From: Eledone cirrhosa
Taxonomy: Eukaryota
DNA length: 64,000 nt
NCBI GenBank assembly: GCA_964016885.1
Contig: OZ024743.1
Location: 68,448,001 to 68,512,000 of the forward strand
Direction of reading: 5' to 3'
The notes under the pieces were generated by a model. The model was not told the DNA's origin and did not search any database. It saw only the letters and a list, made by a program, of their open reading frames with translations. A program made the position numbers and the translations under genes. Below are positions 26,050 to 39,564 of the stretch, piece after piece (positions within the stretch are counted from its first letter, which is position 1; each line of letters opens with the position of its first letter).

Positions 26050-26146
26050 TTAATAACATCAGTAGCAGCAGCAACGCTAGTAGAAATATTAGTAGTATTA
26101 TTATTATTATTATTAGTAGTAGTAGTAGTAGTAGTAGTACTAGTAT

Positions 26147-26202
<56 letters not shown>

Positions 26203-26305
26203 ATAACATCAGTAGCAGCAGCAACGCTAGTATTAGTAGTATTAGTAGTATTAGTAGTAGTTGCATTAATAACATCAGTAGCAGCAGCAACGCTAGTAGT
26301 AATAT

Positions 26306-26337
<32 letters not shown>

Positions 26338-26344
26338 CTAGTAT

Positions 26345-26391
<47 letters not shown>

Positions 26392-26523
26392 AGCGTGATA
26401 TTGTTGAGTGTGGTTAAATTGACAGTAATAATATTGGGGTTACTTTTCCTATTGTTATAGCTGTTGTTGTAGTTGCTGGTAGTGATTCTTATGTCAGAGA
26501 CGATGATGATGATGCTGACGGTG

Positions 26524-26566
<43 letters not shown>

Positions 26567-27330
26567 CGATGATGATGCTGATGCTGACGGTGAGGAGGAT
26601 GATGATGATAGTGATGATGATGATGATGATGATGATTATGATGGTGGTGATGATGATGTTGATGACGTTGTTGATGACGATGTTGATGTTGATGATGATG
26701 ATGGTGATGATGATGATGATGATGATGATGGTGACGATGATGATGCTGATGCTGACGGTGAGGAGGATGATGATGATAGTGATGATGATGATGATGATGA
26801 TGATGATTATGATGGTGGTGATGATGATGTTGATGACGTTGTTGATGACGATGTTGATGTTGATGATGATGATGGTGATGATGATGATGATGATGACGAT
26901 GATGGTGACGATGATGATGATGATGCTGACGGTGAGGAGGAGGATGATGATGATGGTGATGATGATGATGATGACGATGATGATGATTATGATGGTGGTG
27001 ATGATGTTGATGACGTTGTTGATGACGATGTTGATGTTGATGATGATGATGGTGACGATGATGATGATGATGATGATGATGGTGAGAACGACTATGCTGG
27101 TGGTGGTTGTAGCAATAGTAGTGGTGGTAGTATTGGTTGTGTTGGTACTAATTTGATAGTCGTATTGGTAGTATTGGTTGTGTTGGTATCGTTAGTGGTG
27201 TAATTATTATTGGTGGCGGTGGTGGTGGTGGTTTTGGTGGTAGTGGTAGTGGTGGTGTTGCTGCTGGTGGTGGTGGTAGTGGTAGTGGTGGTAGTGGTGG
27301 TGGTGTTGCTTGTGGTGGTGGTGTTTTGGT
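25460..27330. repeat. Compound (GGT)n/(GTA)n/(GAT)n tracts with ~57-bp and ~170-bp higher-order repetition
   Basis: Recurrent blocks ggtagtggtgatggggaaagtgatggttatcg and gatgctgacggtgaggagg. Confidence 0.85.
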
Positions 27331-27389
27331 GGAATAAGATTGTAGTAGTGTTAGTATTGATATTGGTGCGTTTGGTCATAGTGTTAATA

Positions 27390-27780
27390 ATAATTGCTTC
27401 TACATTTGGCACAAGGCCAGCAAATAACAGTGCATTACTGGTACCTTATTTTATCGACTCCGTAAGGATGACATGCAAAGTTAACCCTGGCGGGATTTGA
27501 ACTCAAATCATAAAGGGCCGTAACTCTTTGCTGAAAAGCATGGCGTTCGAGCCTCTACCGATACTTCCAATCCACCGCCCTATAGTGTAAATAATTGTTT
27601 CTACTTTTGGCACAAGGCCAGCAATTATCAGTACATTACTGGTACTTTATTTTATCGACACCGTAAGGATGAAAGGCAAAGTTAACCTTGGCGCGATTTG
27701 AACTCAGAATGGCAAGGGGCGTAACTCTATGCGTCAAAGCATATGTCCGACCCTCTACCGATACTGCCAATCCACTGCCC
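27390..27780 (-). mobile_element. Two tandem Meta-domain-like SINEs
   Basis: Consensus occurs twice, with flanking tatagtgtaaataat at 27581 and 27781. Confidence 0.85.
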
Positions 27781-28169
27781 TATAGTGTAAATAATAATGA
27801 GGTAATAGTTGTGTTGCAGGCGGGAATATTGTTGCCAGTAAGAAGTGTGTGGGTGATAACTATCGGTTTTATAAACGCAATGGCGGACATGTTTTTTCCT
27901 TACATATTGTATGTTTTTATTTTATATTTCATGTTATTTTCGTTTATTTATTTCTTAATTTATTTATTGCTTTTGTGGAGTTTATTATTTATAGTTTATG
28001 GTGGATTGGCGTAGGTTTGACAAAGGTGGTCAAAGGTTAATTGTATTTAGCAAAGAGCATCGCGGGAAATATTTGATTGATGCGCAACACAAAAACCAGG
28101 TCCTGTTGGATGTGATGTTAAAGTTTATCTAGTCTAGATTCCATCGATCTGACCCAGTTGTTATTCTTG

Positions 28170-29025
28170 GTTGTTGCGGTGGCGTTGGTGGTGGTGGTTG
28201 TGGTAATGGTGGTGGTAAGCGTGATGGTGATGGTGGTGCTGGTGGTGGTGGTGGTGGTAGTGGTGGTGGTAGTGGTGGTGGTGGTGGTGGTGGTGGTGGT
28301 GGTGGTGGTGGTAGTGGTGGTGGTGGTGGTTGTGGTAATGGTGGTGGTAGTGGTGATGGTGATGGTGGTGGTGGTAGTGGTGGTGGTAGTAGTAGTGGTG
28401 GTGGCGGTGGTGGTGGTGGTGGTGGTAGTGTTGACGGTGGTGGTAGTGGGTGTGGTAGTGGCGGTAGTGGTGATGGTGGTGGTGGTGGTGGTGGTGGTGG
28501 TGGTGGTAGTGGTTGTAGTGGTGGTGGTGGTGGTGGTGGTAGTGGTGGTGGTAGTGGTGGTGCTGGTGGTGGTGGTAGTAATGCTAGTTGTGGTGATAAT
28601 GTTGGTGGTGGAGGTGGCTGTGGTGGTGATAGCGGGAATGGTGGTGGTGGTGGTAGAAGTGGTGGTAATGGTGGTGTGGATGGTGGTTGTGGTGGTGGTG
28701 GTGGTGGCGGTGGCGGTGTTGGTGGTGGTAGTGTTAATGATAGTTATGGTGATAATGGTGTTGGTGTAGGTCGTCGTGGTAGTTTTGCTGGTTGCAATAG
28801 TGGGAGGGGTGGTAATCCTTATTGTACTGATGGTGGTGTTGATGCTGTTAGTATTGGCGCTGGTGGTGTTAGTGTTAATGGTGGTGTTGATGGTGTTGGT
28901 GGTGATGCTGGTAGTGGTGTCGGTGGTAATTGTGGTTGGTAATGTTGGCGGTGAAAATGATGGTGGTGGTGGTGTTGGTAGAAGTGTACATGGTGGAGGT
29001 GTTGTTGTTGGTTATGTTGTTGTTG
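28170..29025. repeat. (GGT)n low-complexity tract
   Basis: Directly visible. Confidence 0.9.
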
Positions 29026-29231
29026 TTCTTTGAGTTAATGTTGCAATGTCAGCCATCTTTACAACAATGTAGTTGTTGCAAAATAACACATCATTTATGT
29101 AAAGCAACACCAATATAAATTACTCGTGCACATTAGATATAATGACACGTTTAGAAAACATACACACTCACGCACACACACACGGACACACCCACAAACA
29201 TACACACAACACACATACACAAACACACACA

Positions 29232-29296
<65 letters not shown>

Positions 29297-29476
29297 TTAA
29301 TCATCTATATATGTATGTCTCTCTTTGTGTAAGCTTGTATATAGGTATGTATGGCTAGATGGATGGAAAGATATGTCTACGATCTATGCAAGTATGGCTG
29401 GCTGGCTGACTCTATGACACCATGTTTGTGTGTTTTGTGGACAAGAAAATGTGTTACTTATGCGTTGTGTGAAAGT

Positions 29477-29507
<31 letters not shown>

Positions 29508-29881
29508 CCTATATATTTATATATATACACCATATATATACACCATATACCCCATATATATACATATATATATATATATATATTTATTTATTTCTAAGGG
29601 GCGTGTAGATATTTACAGGAGGAAGAGGATGAGAAGCGAAGAGAGGAAAATGAATGGAAAAAGTGGAAATACTAAGAACATACATGGGCCATATTAAAAG
29701 CTTAATATCATCCACTCTCCCCAAAGAAACACTAATTCTCGTTCTTACACGATCTCACATGCATATTTCCCCTTAGATGTATAGAGATGTCAACATGAAT
29801 GGACCTGTTATTTTTACCTAAAGACAGTTTTTTAAAATTCCAACCCGCCCGTCCCCTCAATCTATCTTAATTCTCATTCTT

Positions 29882-29917
29882 TCTTCTGGTGAAGGACTAG
29901 CGTCCGAAGCGTTAAGA
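29882..29917 (+). ncRNA. Degenerate minimal hammerhead (family J)
   Basis: tctt CTGGTGA a ggac tagc gtcc GAAG cg TT aaga, with two core substitutions. Downstream 29932-29996 is homologous to 48773-48836. Confidence 0.55.
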
Positions 29918-30112
29918 CCCTCTTCCTGCTTTATCAAGCGTGAACCTAATTTATCCCTTCCATACACTGTACCGATTGTGTTGTTATTTCTGTTTACCTT
30001 TTACACACACACACACATACACACACACACACATATATTTATATATATATATATATAAAGGAAATAGGATTTTGCTTCAAGCTTAGCTTAGCTTTATACA
30101 ATATGTATAGAA

Positions 30113-30420
30113 ATTTCGTATTTCGAAAGGAATACGATTTTAGGAAGCATAGCTATGCGAACACAAGGGGGTTAACGCCCTCTGGTGTTGTCCAGCAGAA
30201 GCAAGGGGGTAAACAGCCGAGAATAAAACTATATATTCTCGGTTGTTTCAAGTCCAGCGGTCGCAGAGCAGTGGGAGCAATCGTCCTGACGATGGCCAGT
30301 CAAGCCTGAAATGCATAGACGGTTGTTCCCCTTGCTTCTGTTGGACAATAACAGAGGGAGTCAGCATCCCGGTGTTCGCATAGCTACGGCTTCCTGAAAT
30401 CGTATTTCTTTCGAAATACG

Positions 30421-30424
<4 letters not shown>
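30113..30424. repeat. Imperfect inverted repeat (~105-bp arms) enclosing an HHR
   Basis: atttcgtatttcgaaagg...gcaagggg pairs with ccccttgc...tttcgaaatacgaaat. Confidence 0.88.
30279..30324 (+). ncRNA. Minimal type I hammerhead ribozyme (family F), intact core
   Basis: aatcgtc CTGACGA t ggc cagtcaa gcc t GAAA tgca TA gacggtt. Confidence 0.88.
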
Positions 30425-30463
<39 letters not shown>

Positions 30464-31659
30464 TGTGTGTGTGTGTGTATGTGTGTGTATGTATGTATGT
30501 ATTCAATCGATTTTAACTTTACGTTACAATTGGTTCACCAACTTGAGCACTCGATCCATAGGTGAGTCCGTTTCACTATAGTTTGTGGTGTTGTGCATTT
30601 GGTGTGTGTATGTATGTCTCTTTGCCCGAGTCTGTTTGTCTATACCTTTTTCATTGTATATTTATTAGTTATATAATAGCATAGAAAGCCAAAGAGTGAT
30701 ATAAATAAAGCCACATATATCTGAGTTTTATGAGATAAAATTACATTTAATTGTGGGTAAATATTTGTTTTAAAGCAGAGATAATGTATACGCTATGATT
30801 AGCGGCACCAACTATTTTATACGGTGTCGTGGTTTGTAATTTTGTATTTAAACTCTATATCTGGAAATATAAATGTTAACTCTTTTTCCCCTGCAGTATA
30901 AAAAGCGTACACACTGTTACCGATAATTTAAAATGATTTTTAATTAAAGACATGAAATTTCCATTAATTTCCCAAATACTTGCGAATATTATGGTGGCAT
31001 TTAATCATTTCAAATTGATAGGCTGATTAAAAATTCAAGCAGGATGACCTGTTTTAAAGCATAACTGCGACTTGGAAAAATTGTTATCACTTTTAAAAAT
31101 GTGTATTTTAAAATATATTATCACGGGTAATGTTACACCAAAACCTTATCTCTGGCAACATTTCTATTAGTGAGGACCAAGTTGTTAAACACGGTGCCGA
31201 ATGGTGATAAGGTTTATACGGTCATTCAGTCCTGAAGATCATGAAGACCACCCAGCCATTCCAAAGGTAATATCTAATAGACGGTGGTTTCTCACACATA
31301 TATGATTGCGTATTAAAATTTATGCCCCAAAAGATTATGTAAATATAATCTTGTTTTAATTATCATATGTTTTTTTTATAAATCTTCTATTTATATTCTT
31401 AAATGAATAATTTGTATGGAATTGCACTCGGTATCTAAATATAAAATGTATTATTATTAATATTATTGGTCTGTTCCGACGTCTTTTTGCTCGCTCCTAG
31501 TAAGTCCCTTTATTTACCTGTTATAATTATTTGTTGTTTAATTTTTCTTCTTGTGTAAGGGATATAAGACCTTGCAATTTGTCCTGTGAAGGAGAAAGTA
31601 TAATATTATGGCCTTTTGGCCTAAATATTTGAATAATATTTGAACATTTTACTTAAAAA

Positions 31660-34600
31660 AAACAAAACATGGCTGAGTCACGCCCCCCTACAATATGTCT
31701 GCTGTCGTGTGACAACGGAGTAAAAGTTGAGAGGAGGGTTACAGAAATTGATACAGCAAACACCACCACAAACAAGGAGGACAAGAACACTGAGAACACT
31801 AATTTTTTAAAACTTACCACACCAACTACAACAATAACAGCGACAACGAAAATACAGACAAGAGAAAAAAAGACAACAAATGCAACAACGATATTAAAGC
31901 CACTAACAAGAAAATAAACAACGACAACAGCAACAATACAAATTGCACCTAAAATAACAACGGTGGCCACAAAAAACACAACAAACTACAACAGTGATAG
32001 CAGCAACAACACCAACAACACCGTTTGTAGCAGTAGCAAAAGCAACAGCACCAACAACAAGACCAGCAGCAGCAGTAGCGGCAGCAATAATGGGCCTGCT
32101 GAGAAATGGGCCACTTCTTTCGCTGGTGTGGCCCGAAATATAGAGACAGTGCTAGTCCCGGAGCAGGAGATGGCAGTCGCAAGAGCCATGGTGACAAGAA
32201 ATGACAATATAGTTTCCCTGAAACCTCCACCCGATTTCTTCAAAGACCAGCAGCTGCGCACGGTAGCTTACCGCACCGTAAGGAAAATGTCACGGCGGGT
32301 GGAGAGAGCCACGTTGGCTCAAATCCCAAAGGCCTTGGGGTGCGTCTGTGCGCGCAAAACCAACATCACCCGAGGCAAAAAATACGCCAAAGTAGACGTA
32401 CTTTTCGCCCCCAAGAGTCGATGTCTCACTCTTTGGAAGCCCTAAAGAGTGAGGAGATAGTCTTGGTACCCTTCTACTGCGGGCAGAAAATTGTGAGGGT
32501 CAAAGTGACCCAGGTCCCGCCCGACGCGCCCATACCTTGGCTGGCCACGTCTGTACTTGTTGGAGAAAACCACCACATTGCAAATACAGAGTATGGGAAG
32601 AGAGAACTGATCAGGAATAGGCATGCAAATGCTAATACAAACTGACCAGGAGTGCATCGAGGCAATGCCAGATGTCATTGACCTCGAGGAAGGATGCCAA
32701 CTCCCTATAAGCGTGGAAGGAAGGCGCCCAAAATGATATGTCTGTGGGCAGAATGGTCACTTCAGGGCTTTCTGCCCGCAGAAGACAGTCAAGAAGAGGT
32801 CTCCCCTCCTTCCGACGCCTGATCCGCTGCTACCATGAGCATGGCAGGCACAGAGGCAGAAGACCCTTCCATGCTGAGTAGGAGTGAAACGTCCGTGGCA
32901 CTTATACCAAGGCTACGGACAAATAAAACTGAGGCAGTTGCGGCGGCAACACCAACAGTCGCAGTAGCTACACCCGCGGCAAAATCACCGGAGCCGGCTC
33001 TACTACCACCACCAACAGCAGTGGAGTTCATACCCTTCTCAGACGCCACGGAATCCGACACGGAGTATGAGGTGGGAGGGAAGTGGCAAACGGTCTGCCA
33101 CAAAAAAGAAAAAAGAAAAAAACCTTACCTTCACCCTCCAAAAGCGAAGGCAAACAAAGAGGAGTGAAGGCTGCAAGGAGTTTTGCAGCAACACTACCAC
33201 CATCACTATCACCACCACAATAATCACCACCAACAACAACCACATCACCACCAACATCACCAAAAACACCAACATCGCAAACACAACAAAGAATACACAC
33301 CCAACAGCAACAACAAAAGTACACAGCCATGAACATGGCAAATAAAGAACTCTTACAACATATAAAGCAGCACAAAGACATTACAGAAAACAATTACTAC
33401 ACCCCCACCAACACCAAGAACTCTCCCGAAAAATATATACATGATTGAAATTAAAATAGAACGTTATAAACTTTTAAAAGAAAGATTCCCCAACGCAGTT
33501 GGAGACTTCAGAGGGTCGGTTACCAAGAGGATATACACCGACATCATCTTGGAAACACCCATGACCAGCCAAAGGGACGGTTCTATTGTCCATTCCCCAC
33601 ACGGTCAAGGTAAGTGATCCTTTCTTACTTACCCCGTTTCTCATCCAACATGGCGTTAATTAGAAAAGGCAGTATAAATGTGATCTCAGGTCACTAAACA
33701 TAGATGTGGTGGCAATCAGAATTTCCGAAGTTCGAGCCTTCGCACCGATCTTCGGCGGCTACGATGTATATGCATCTCCCAGCCATCCAGGATCGGGGGG
33801 AGGAGTTGCTGTGCGTTTTCGAAGAAGCTTGGATCTCGCCATAGGGGCCATCTTACTGGTCCCAGAAGGTAAGTCGGTGGTGCTGGACATGACCCACAGT
33901 GAAGGCAATGCTTTCAGGCTACTAGCCATCTACGCGCGCTCTTCAGTGTTTGTGGGCAGCTGGAACGGTATCTTAGATGCACGCTGGGATTATGTGGGGC
34001 TAGTAGACAGGGTGTAAAAGCCTCGACAACCAGCTCAGACGTTTTGAACGGTCTGACAGGTATAGACTGGATTATCCGAATGTGCCAATGTGGACATGGC
34101 CAAACCGCATCGGGTCATCCAGATCGTATTTAGATAGGGTATTCTGTAAGGAAACAGATAAGGCTAGTGTAGGTTGTCCACAATTTAAAGTAGTCGACTA
34201 CTCGGACCACAAATTTGTGATCTGTGAAGTTGACTTAGATAGACTCCATAGACAAGGACCAGCCTACTGGAAGCTGAACGCGTCGTTCCCGGCGCGGAAA
34301 GCTTACAGAGACCGGATTAGCGAATTAGTTAAGCGCATTGACGGGTGCGATCGTCAACAATAGGTGGTGGTTTAACCTGAAAAGGTCTATTAGAGTAGAA
34401 TCGATAAGGTTTAGCAAATGAGTAGGGACAGAGGAAAATAGAGTAGAGGGAGACTTAGTTAGAAAGCTAGAAGAGGCGTTTAGACCAGGCATCGCAACCG
34501 ACGTGCTTCCGGAGAGATTGGCACTCGACGCAAAGCATGAAGTCTGCGTTGTCAGAGCTAAAGCACGTGCTTTAAGACAGGAGGGGACGAATGCCGTCCA

Positions 34601-37083
34601 ATCGGCCCAGATTGTGGAGGCGCGACGTGACAACAAGTCCACAATTCGGTCTTTGCCTAATCAAAACGGGCTCAAAGTGCTTTTGAAAAGCCGCACACAT
34701 CTGCTCGGCTTTTCAATAGCCCTTTTCTCAATTGTTTGGGAGCGGCAGCGGGCCGGATCAAAGTATGGACTTCGGTGCATACATCGTTAGAGTGCCCGGC
34801 CCTCGAGGACCACAGCTCAGTGCTGCGAAAAGCCGATAACAGCAGGTGAAATACGGGATGCGATGTTTGACTGCACGAGGGGTAAATCGCCAGGTTTGGA
34901 TGGTCTGACCTACGCGCTTTATGCGTATATGCCAGACTTGTTCGACGATCTCTTGGCAGATGTCTACTGCAACTGGCAGCAGAACGGGAGCATACCCAGT
35001 TTTGTGAGCTGCTGAGAAAAAACCCGAACAAGAGCGACGTTATAGACAACTTCAAGCCCATAACTCTGCTAAACACAGAGTTTAAGATTTTTTCTAAGAG
35101 ATTGGCGCTTGTCGTCGGTGATCTGGTGGGTGAGGCGCAAACATGCGCCCTTCCTGACAGATCCATCCACGACAACCTCCATCTCAAGCGATACATCATA
35201 GAGAGGGAGGTTAAGGAACCTGGAACGCGTGGGGCCCTGGTCAACTTGGATCAATCGAAAGCATTTGATAGGGTCGACCATCGGTACCTAGCTGCAATGC
35301 ACAGCGATATCTACTCGATTGTGAGAGTGAATGGTCACCTGTCGCAACTTTTTAGCATCATGCGCTTGGTCCAGCAGCGTAGTCCCCTCTCGTCCCTCGA
35401 GCCGTTACTGCACAAATTGGAGACGATGATGGGGTTACCACGCGAACTGGGATGTAGAAGATTCGTGGTGGTGTCGAGCACCAAACGTGTCCAGATGCTC
35501 GGCACCACTTTCAAGGAATACGAAGCGGTGACAGGAGCAAAGGTAAACCAGGAAACGTCGGTGGGCTTGCAACTCGGCACCTGGAGAGGCAAGTCCATGC
35601 CGTCCGACAGCGTCATGGGGCGCTGGACGGAAGGACTGGTTAAATTGCTCGGGGTCTGGTTCGGTCCTGACCTCTAGATGGAGAAAAGCTGGAGCGAAGT
35701 GACGAGCAGGGTGGCCTCTCTCACCCAGAAATGGGCCGAGAGGAGGCTGTCTCTGAAAGGTCGGGCAGAGGTGGCGAAAGCGTACATCGCGTCCGACATC
35801 TGCTACGGCCTCACCGTCGTACATTGCTTCCGCCCAAATCTGGCCAAAATGAAGCGCCTTCTCTTCTGCTTTGTGTGGAAGGAACGCGCTCCCATGGTCA
35901 GACGATACATCTGCTGTCAACACCTGTTGCGCGGAGGACTGGGCAGGCCATGGCTGATGATGCGCAAACATGCGCTGAGGCTGCGACATCTCTGGTGCTT
36001 CCTTGACGGTGAACAGGTCTGGTCGCCGTTCGCCAGGCACGTTTTCCCACAGCTCGACTCCTTGACGGAGCTGCAGTCCTGGGTCAGGAAAAGACCGAGG
36101 GATAGAACTTGGAAACTGGAATGTCTGCAGGCGCTCACTGCCCTCTGCCGGCTTGGCACCAGTATCGGTGGAACATCCACCTCGGCGTTCTATAGAGGAC
36201 TAGTGGAGGGGAAGAGCGACGACGTTCTAGGAGTGATCCTGGGCGTCGAAGAAGATCAGCTGTTTGCTCTCTTCCGGAGAACTTTCAGCCCAGGGCCTAT
36301 GGGTAACTTTCAAATATCCCTGGCCAGGCAGTGCTACCGGGGAGCGTTGCCGGTTCGAGATAAGTTCTACAGGCACGGAAGTACCGTCAGCCGAGCCTGT
36401 CCGAGATGCGCGCAGAACGACGAAACGGCCGTGCACGCACTCGTTCAGTGCCTGAGCATTGCTGACTTGTGGAGCTATGTCGAACAGTTGCGTGTAGGAC
36501 TGATCCGGTTATCGACTGACTCCATTGTGCAGAGGGTCTCGCCGACTTCATTCGACGATGAATGGTAGGCGGTTTTCATCTGCCTGGTGACCATGGCGAA
36601 AGAGATTGAGTGGTGGACAAGGTTGAAAGGGTTAAAGACAGACACTTTCCTCTTCGGCGAATCTCTAATTAATTTTTTCAAGTTTCACAAGAGGGAAATC
36701 AGAGTGGAGAGGCAAGTGCTGCCTTCTAGCAAGTTTGTTGAAAGATGGGTGAATGTAGCGAGAATAGTCCGAGTGAACGGGACCGCTCTGAATATACGCC
36801 TGTAGTTTGAGAAATGTATTGAGAGAGGGCGCTTACCCTGGTGGTCAGGGTGGCCGTAGTCTTTTGTGTGGTTTTCGCCACGAGTATCCATTGGTGGTTC
36901 CCCCCCTATTGGGCAAATTTTTCATTGTTTCAATTTTCATTTTTATTGTTTATATATATATATGTTTCTATGTCTTTTTTTTCTTTTCTTATATAAATAA
37001 TAAAAATCTTTACCGCACAAAACCCACATCGTACCGTCCTGTACTGTCTGTAATGTTTTTCTTGATGTCAGCCCTTGTTGCCA

Positions 37084-37135
<52 letters not shown>
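31660..37135 (+). mobile_element. Near full-length decayed Tx1/L1-clade LINE (ORF1, ORF2, (TTA)n tail)
   Basis: ORF1 remnants with a CCHC knuckle [C>stop]YVCGQNGHFRAFCP at ~32735. ORF2 from ATG 33650 is homologous to 92-2135 and continues through VKLLGVWFG, GGLG and CPRCAQNDETAVH to ~36805. 3' gcccttgttgccaa followed by (TTA)n. Confidence 0.92.
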
Positions 37136-37136
<1 letters not shown>

Positions 37137-37214
37137 CATCATCATCATCAAGGCAGTATATTGGTAAAACCGGGAGAGCGTAGGAAAACATGTTTCGGGA
37201 AAACATGCTTTGTG

Positions 37215-37390
37215 GCATAGTGCTACGGCTCTTTAAGCTCTAAGTTCATATCTCCCCGGGGTTAGCTTTGTCTTTCATCCTTACGAGCTCGATAAAATAA
37301 AGAACCGGTGACGTACTAGGGTCGTTCTAATCGACCTTCCCCTCCTCCCATATTGGAGGCCTTGTGCCTAGATCAAAAACCGTTATTATC
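37215..37390 (+). mobile_element. Decayed Meta-domain-like SINE
   Basis: ctttcatccttacgagctcgataaaataaag core. Confidence 0.7.
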
Positions 37391-37707
37391 ATCATGACCA
37401 TTACTATTATTTGGGAGAAGATTAGCATAAACTATTACTATTTTGATCACTAACATTAAAGCCATAATTCACTTCTTCTCCAGATATTTCGAAGATATTC
37501 GATCATTTATTTTTTTATTTTTCTAATCTTTTATTCAAGTTTAAACTTAAAAGTTTCGATGAGTATCCCTGACTTTCGCAGGCAGAGTATTTCTGCTGAA
37601 CGAACACACCTATGGTGGGGGCTAAACAATCAAACATATTTTTTCAACAAATGTTTTCAAAATAATAATGGACTCTCAACAATCGTGAGGACATTTCGAC
37701 AGTGTGA

Positions 37708-37771
<64 letters not shown>

Positions 37772-38034
37772 GAGGATAGCGACTGTCAACAAACAGACGA
37801 TTGCGATAAAAAGAAGGAAAACCGAATAATGTGGTTTCAAAGGAACACAAAAAATGTACAAATATTAATTACAACAACATTAACAGCAACAACAATATCA
37901 ATAAAAAAAAGGCAACTGCACAACAACAGCAATACCACTGATAACTGTCGTAATACAAGTTAATTCAATGAAATGAAAAATGTTGTAAACAAAAGAAATA
38001 CCGTTAACACAACTGTCTCCAAAAACGAATTGAA

Positions 38035-38680
38035 GAATAACAACAACGACAACAACAATAATAACCATAACAATAATAACAACAGCAGCAACAACAACAG
38101 CAACTATAACAACAGCAGCAACAACAACAACAGAAACAACAACGAAAACAGCAACAATAACAGCAACCACAACAGCAACAATAACAACAGCAGTAACAAA
38201 AACAACGGAAACAACAACAACAGCAACAATGACAACAACTACAACAGCAACAATAACAACAGCAGCAACAACAACGACAACAACAACAATAACAATAACA
38301 ACAACTACAACAGCAACAATAACAACAGCAGCAACAACGACAACAACAACAGCAACAACAATAACAACAACTACAACAGAAACAATAACAACAGCAGCAG
38401 CAACAACGACGACAGCAACAATAACAACAACTACAAAAGGAACAATAACAACAACTACAACAGCAACAATAACAACAACTACAACAGCAACAATAACAAC
38501 AACAGTAACAACAACAACAACAATAACAACAACTACAACAGCAACAATAACAGCAACAGTAACAACAACGACAACAACAACAACTACAACAGCAACAACA
38601 ACAACATAACCAACAATAGCAGCAATAACGACAACAGCAACAATAACAACAGCAGCAATAACAGCAACATAAACAACAGC
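38035..38680. repeat. (AAC)n-based compound microsatellite
   Basis: Directly visible. Poly-N, poly-T and poly-C ORFs are artefacts. Confidence 0.9.
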
Positions 38681-38799
38681 AATGTCGGCATATTGAACAA
38701 CAAAAGTACGTATGATGCAACATGTGCGAAACTGTTGGATTGCTCCACATTGGTATTACAAGATGGTGGAAATGTTGGCTTAGGCAGCAAAACAAATAA

Positions 38800-39550
38800 C
38801 CATAGATAAAACGTTGGCCAACACAAGTGTTCCGACGTCGGTTTTGGCAGTAACAGAGTGGACATTTTGCACGTATTGATATCGACATCAATTGTGGCAG
38901 CTCTGAATGGCATCCATTACGTGGCAAGATCAAAAGGTTTCAGAGCATCTCGGTGCTCTTCAGAAAGGTGGCTCTTGAGAAGAAGAAAGCTGTGGTGTCT
39001 AGTATAACGGATTACATTTTAAGTCCCCTACATCGGTTACTTCAAACTCCTAGACGCCTTTCTAGGAAATTATCACCATTTACGTGGCTGTAGCGAAAGA
39101 GCTTCTGTGGGTGAGACGACTGAAACTGCTGAAGACATAAACATTCTTCTTCGGCCGAGGCATCATCAACTTTTTAAAGATCCATTTGGAAAGGAAGATG
39201 AGGTTAGAGAAGGCAGGGCTCCTCCGCCCCAGTACATTTGTTAAAATGTGGGTGAATATAGTTAGGATAGCCTTAGCGAATAAGGACAATCTGACCATGC
39301 ACCTGTAACCATTTAGAAAGAAGTGGTGTGCCATCCTAAGGGGGACATGAGGCATGGAATGGCTTAGGATCGGTGCAGTTCCTAGCTTTGGGTTGTACAC
39401 TCTCTATCGGTGAATGATATTACTGTATGTTTATTTGTTAATTTTTCTCTCGGTTTTATGTAAAACTCTACTGCCCTTGCTTCTATATTGTCTTTCATGT
39501 TTCGACCCGTCTGGCCAATAAACAAATAGTGATAATAATGGTAATTATTA
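38800..39550 (+). mobile_element. Decayed 3' fragment of a related Tx1-like LINE
   Basis: VAVAKELLWVRRLK..FFFGRGIINF..KFVKMWVNIVR-like text parallels the ORF2 C-terminus at 36587-36805. aataaa near 39516. Confidence 0.65.
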
Positions 39551-39564
39551 TTATTTAGGGGAGT

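Noticed and set aside
25454-29033. Long poly-Val, poly-Met, poly-Gly and poly-Thr ORFs
   Set aside because: Trinucleotide microsatellite artefacts.
31609-31624. ggccttttggc upstream of the Tx1 element, resembling the U2 snRNA 5' end (a known Tx1 target)
   Set aside because: Only 11 nt match and flanking U2 sequence is absent. More likely a LINE 3' hairpin.
37973-38933. Poly-Asn and poly-Cys ORFs
   Set aside because: (AAC)n microsatellite.
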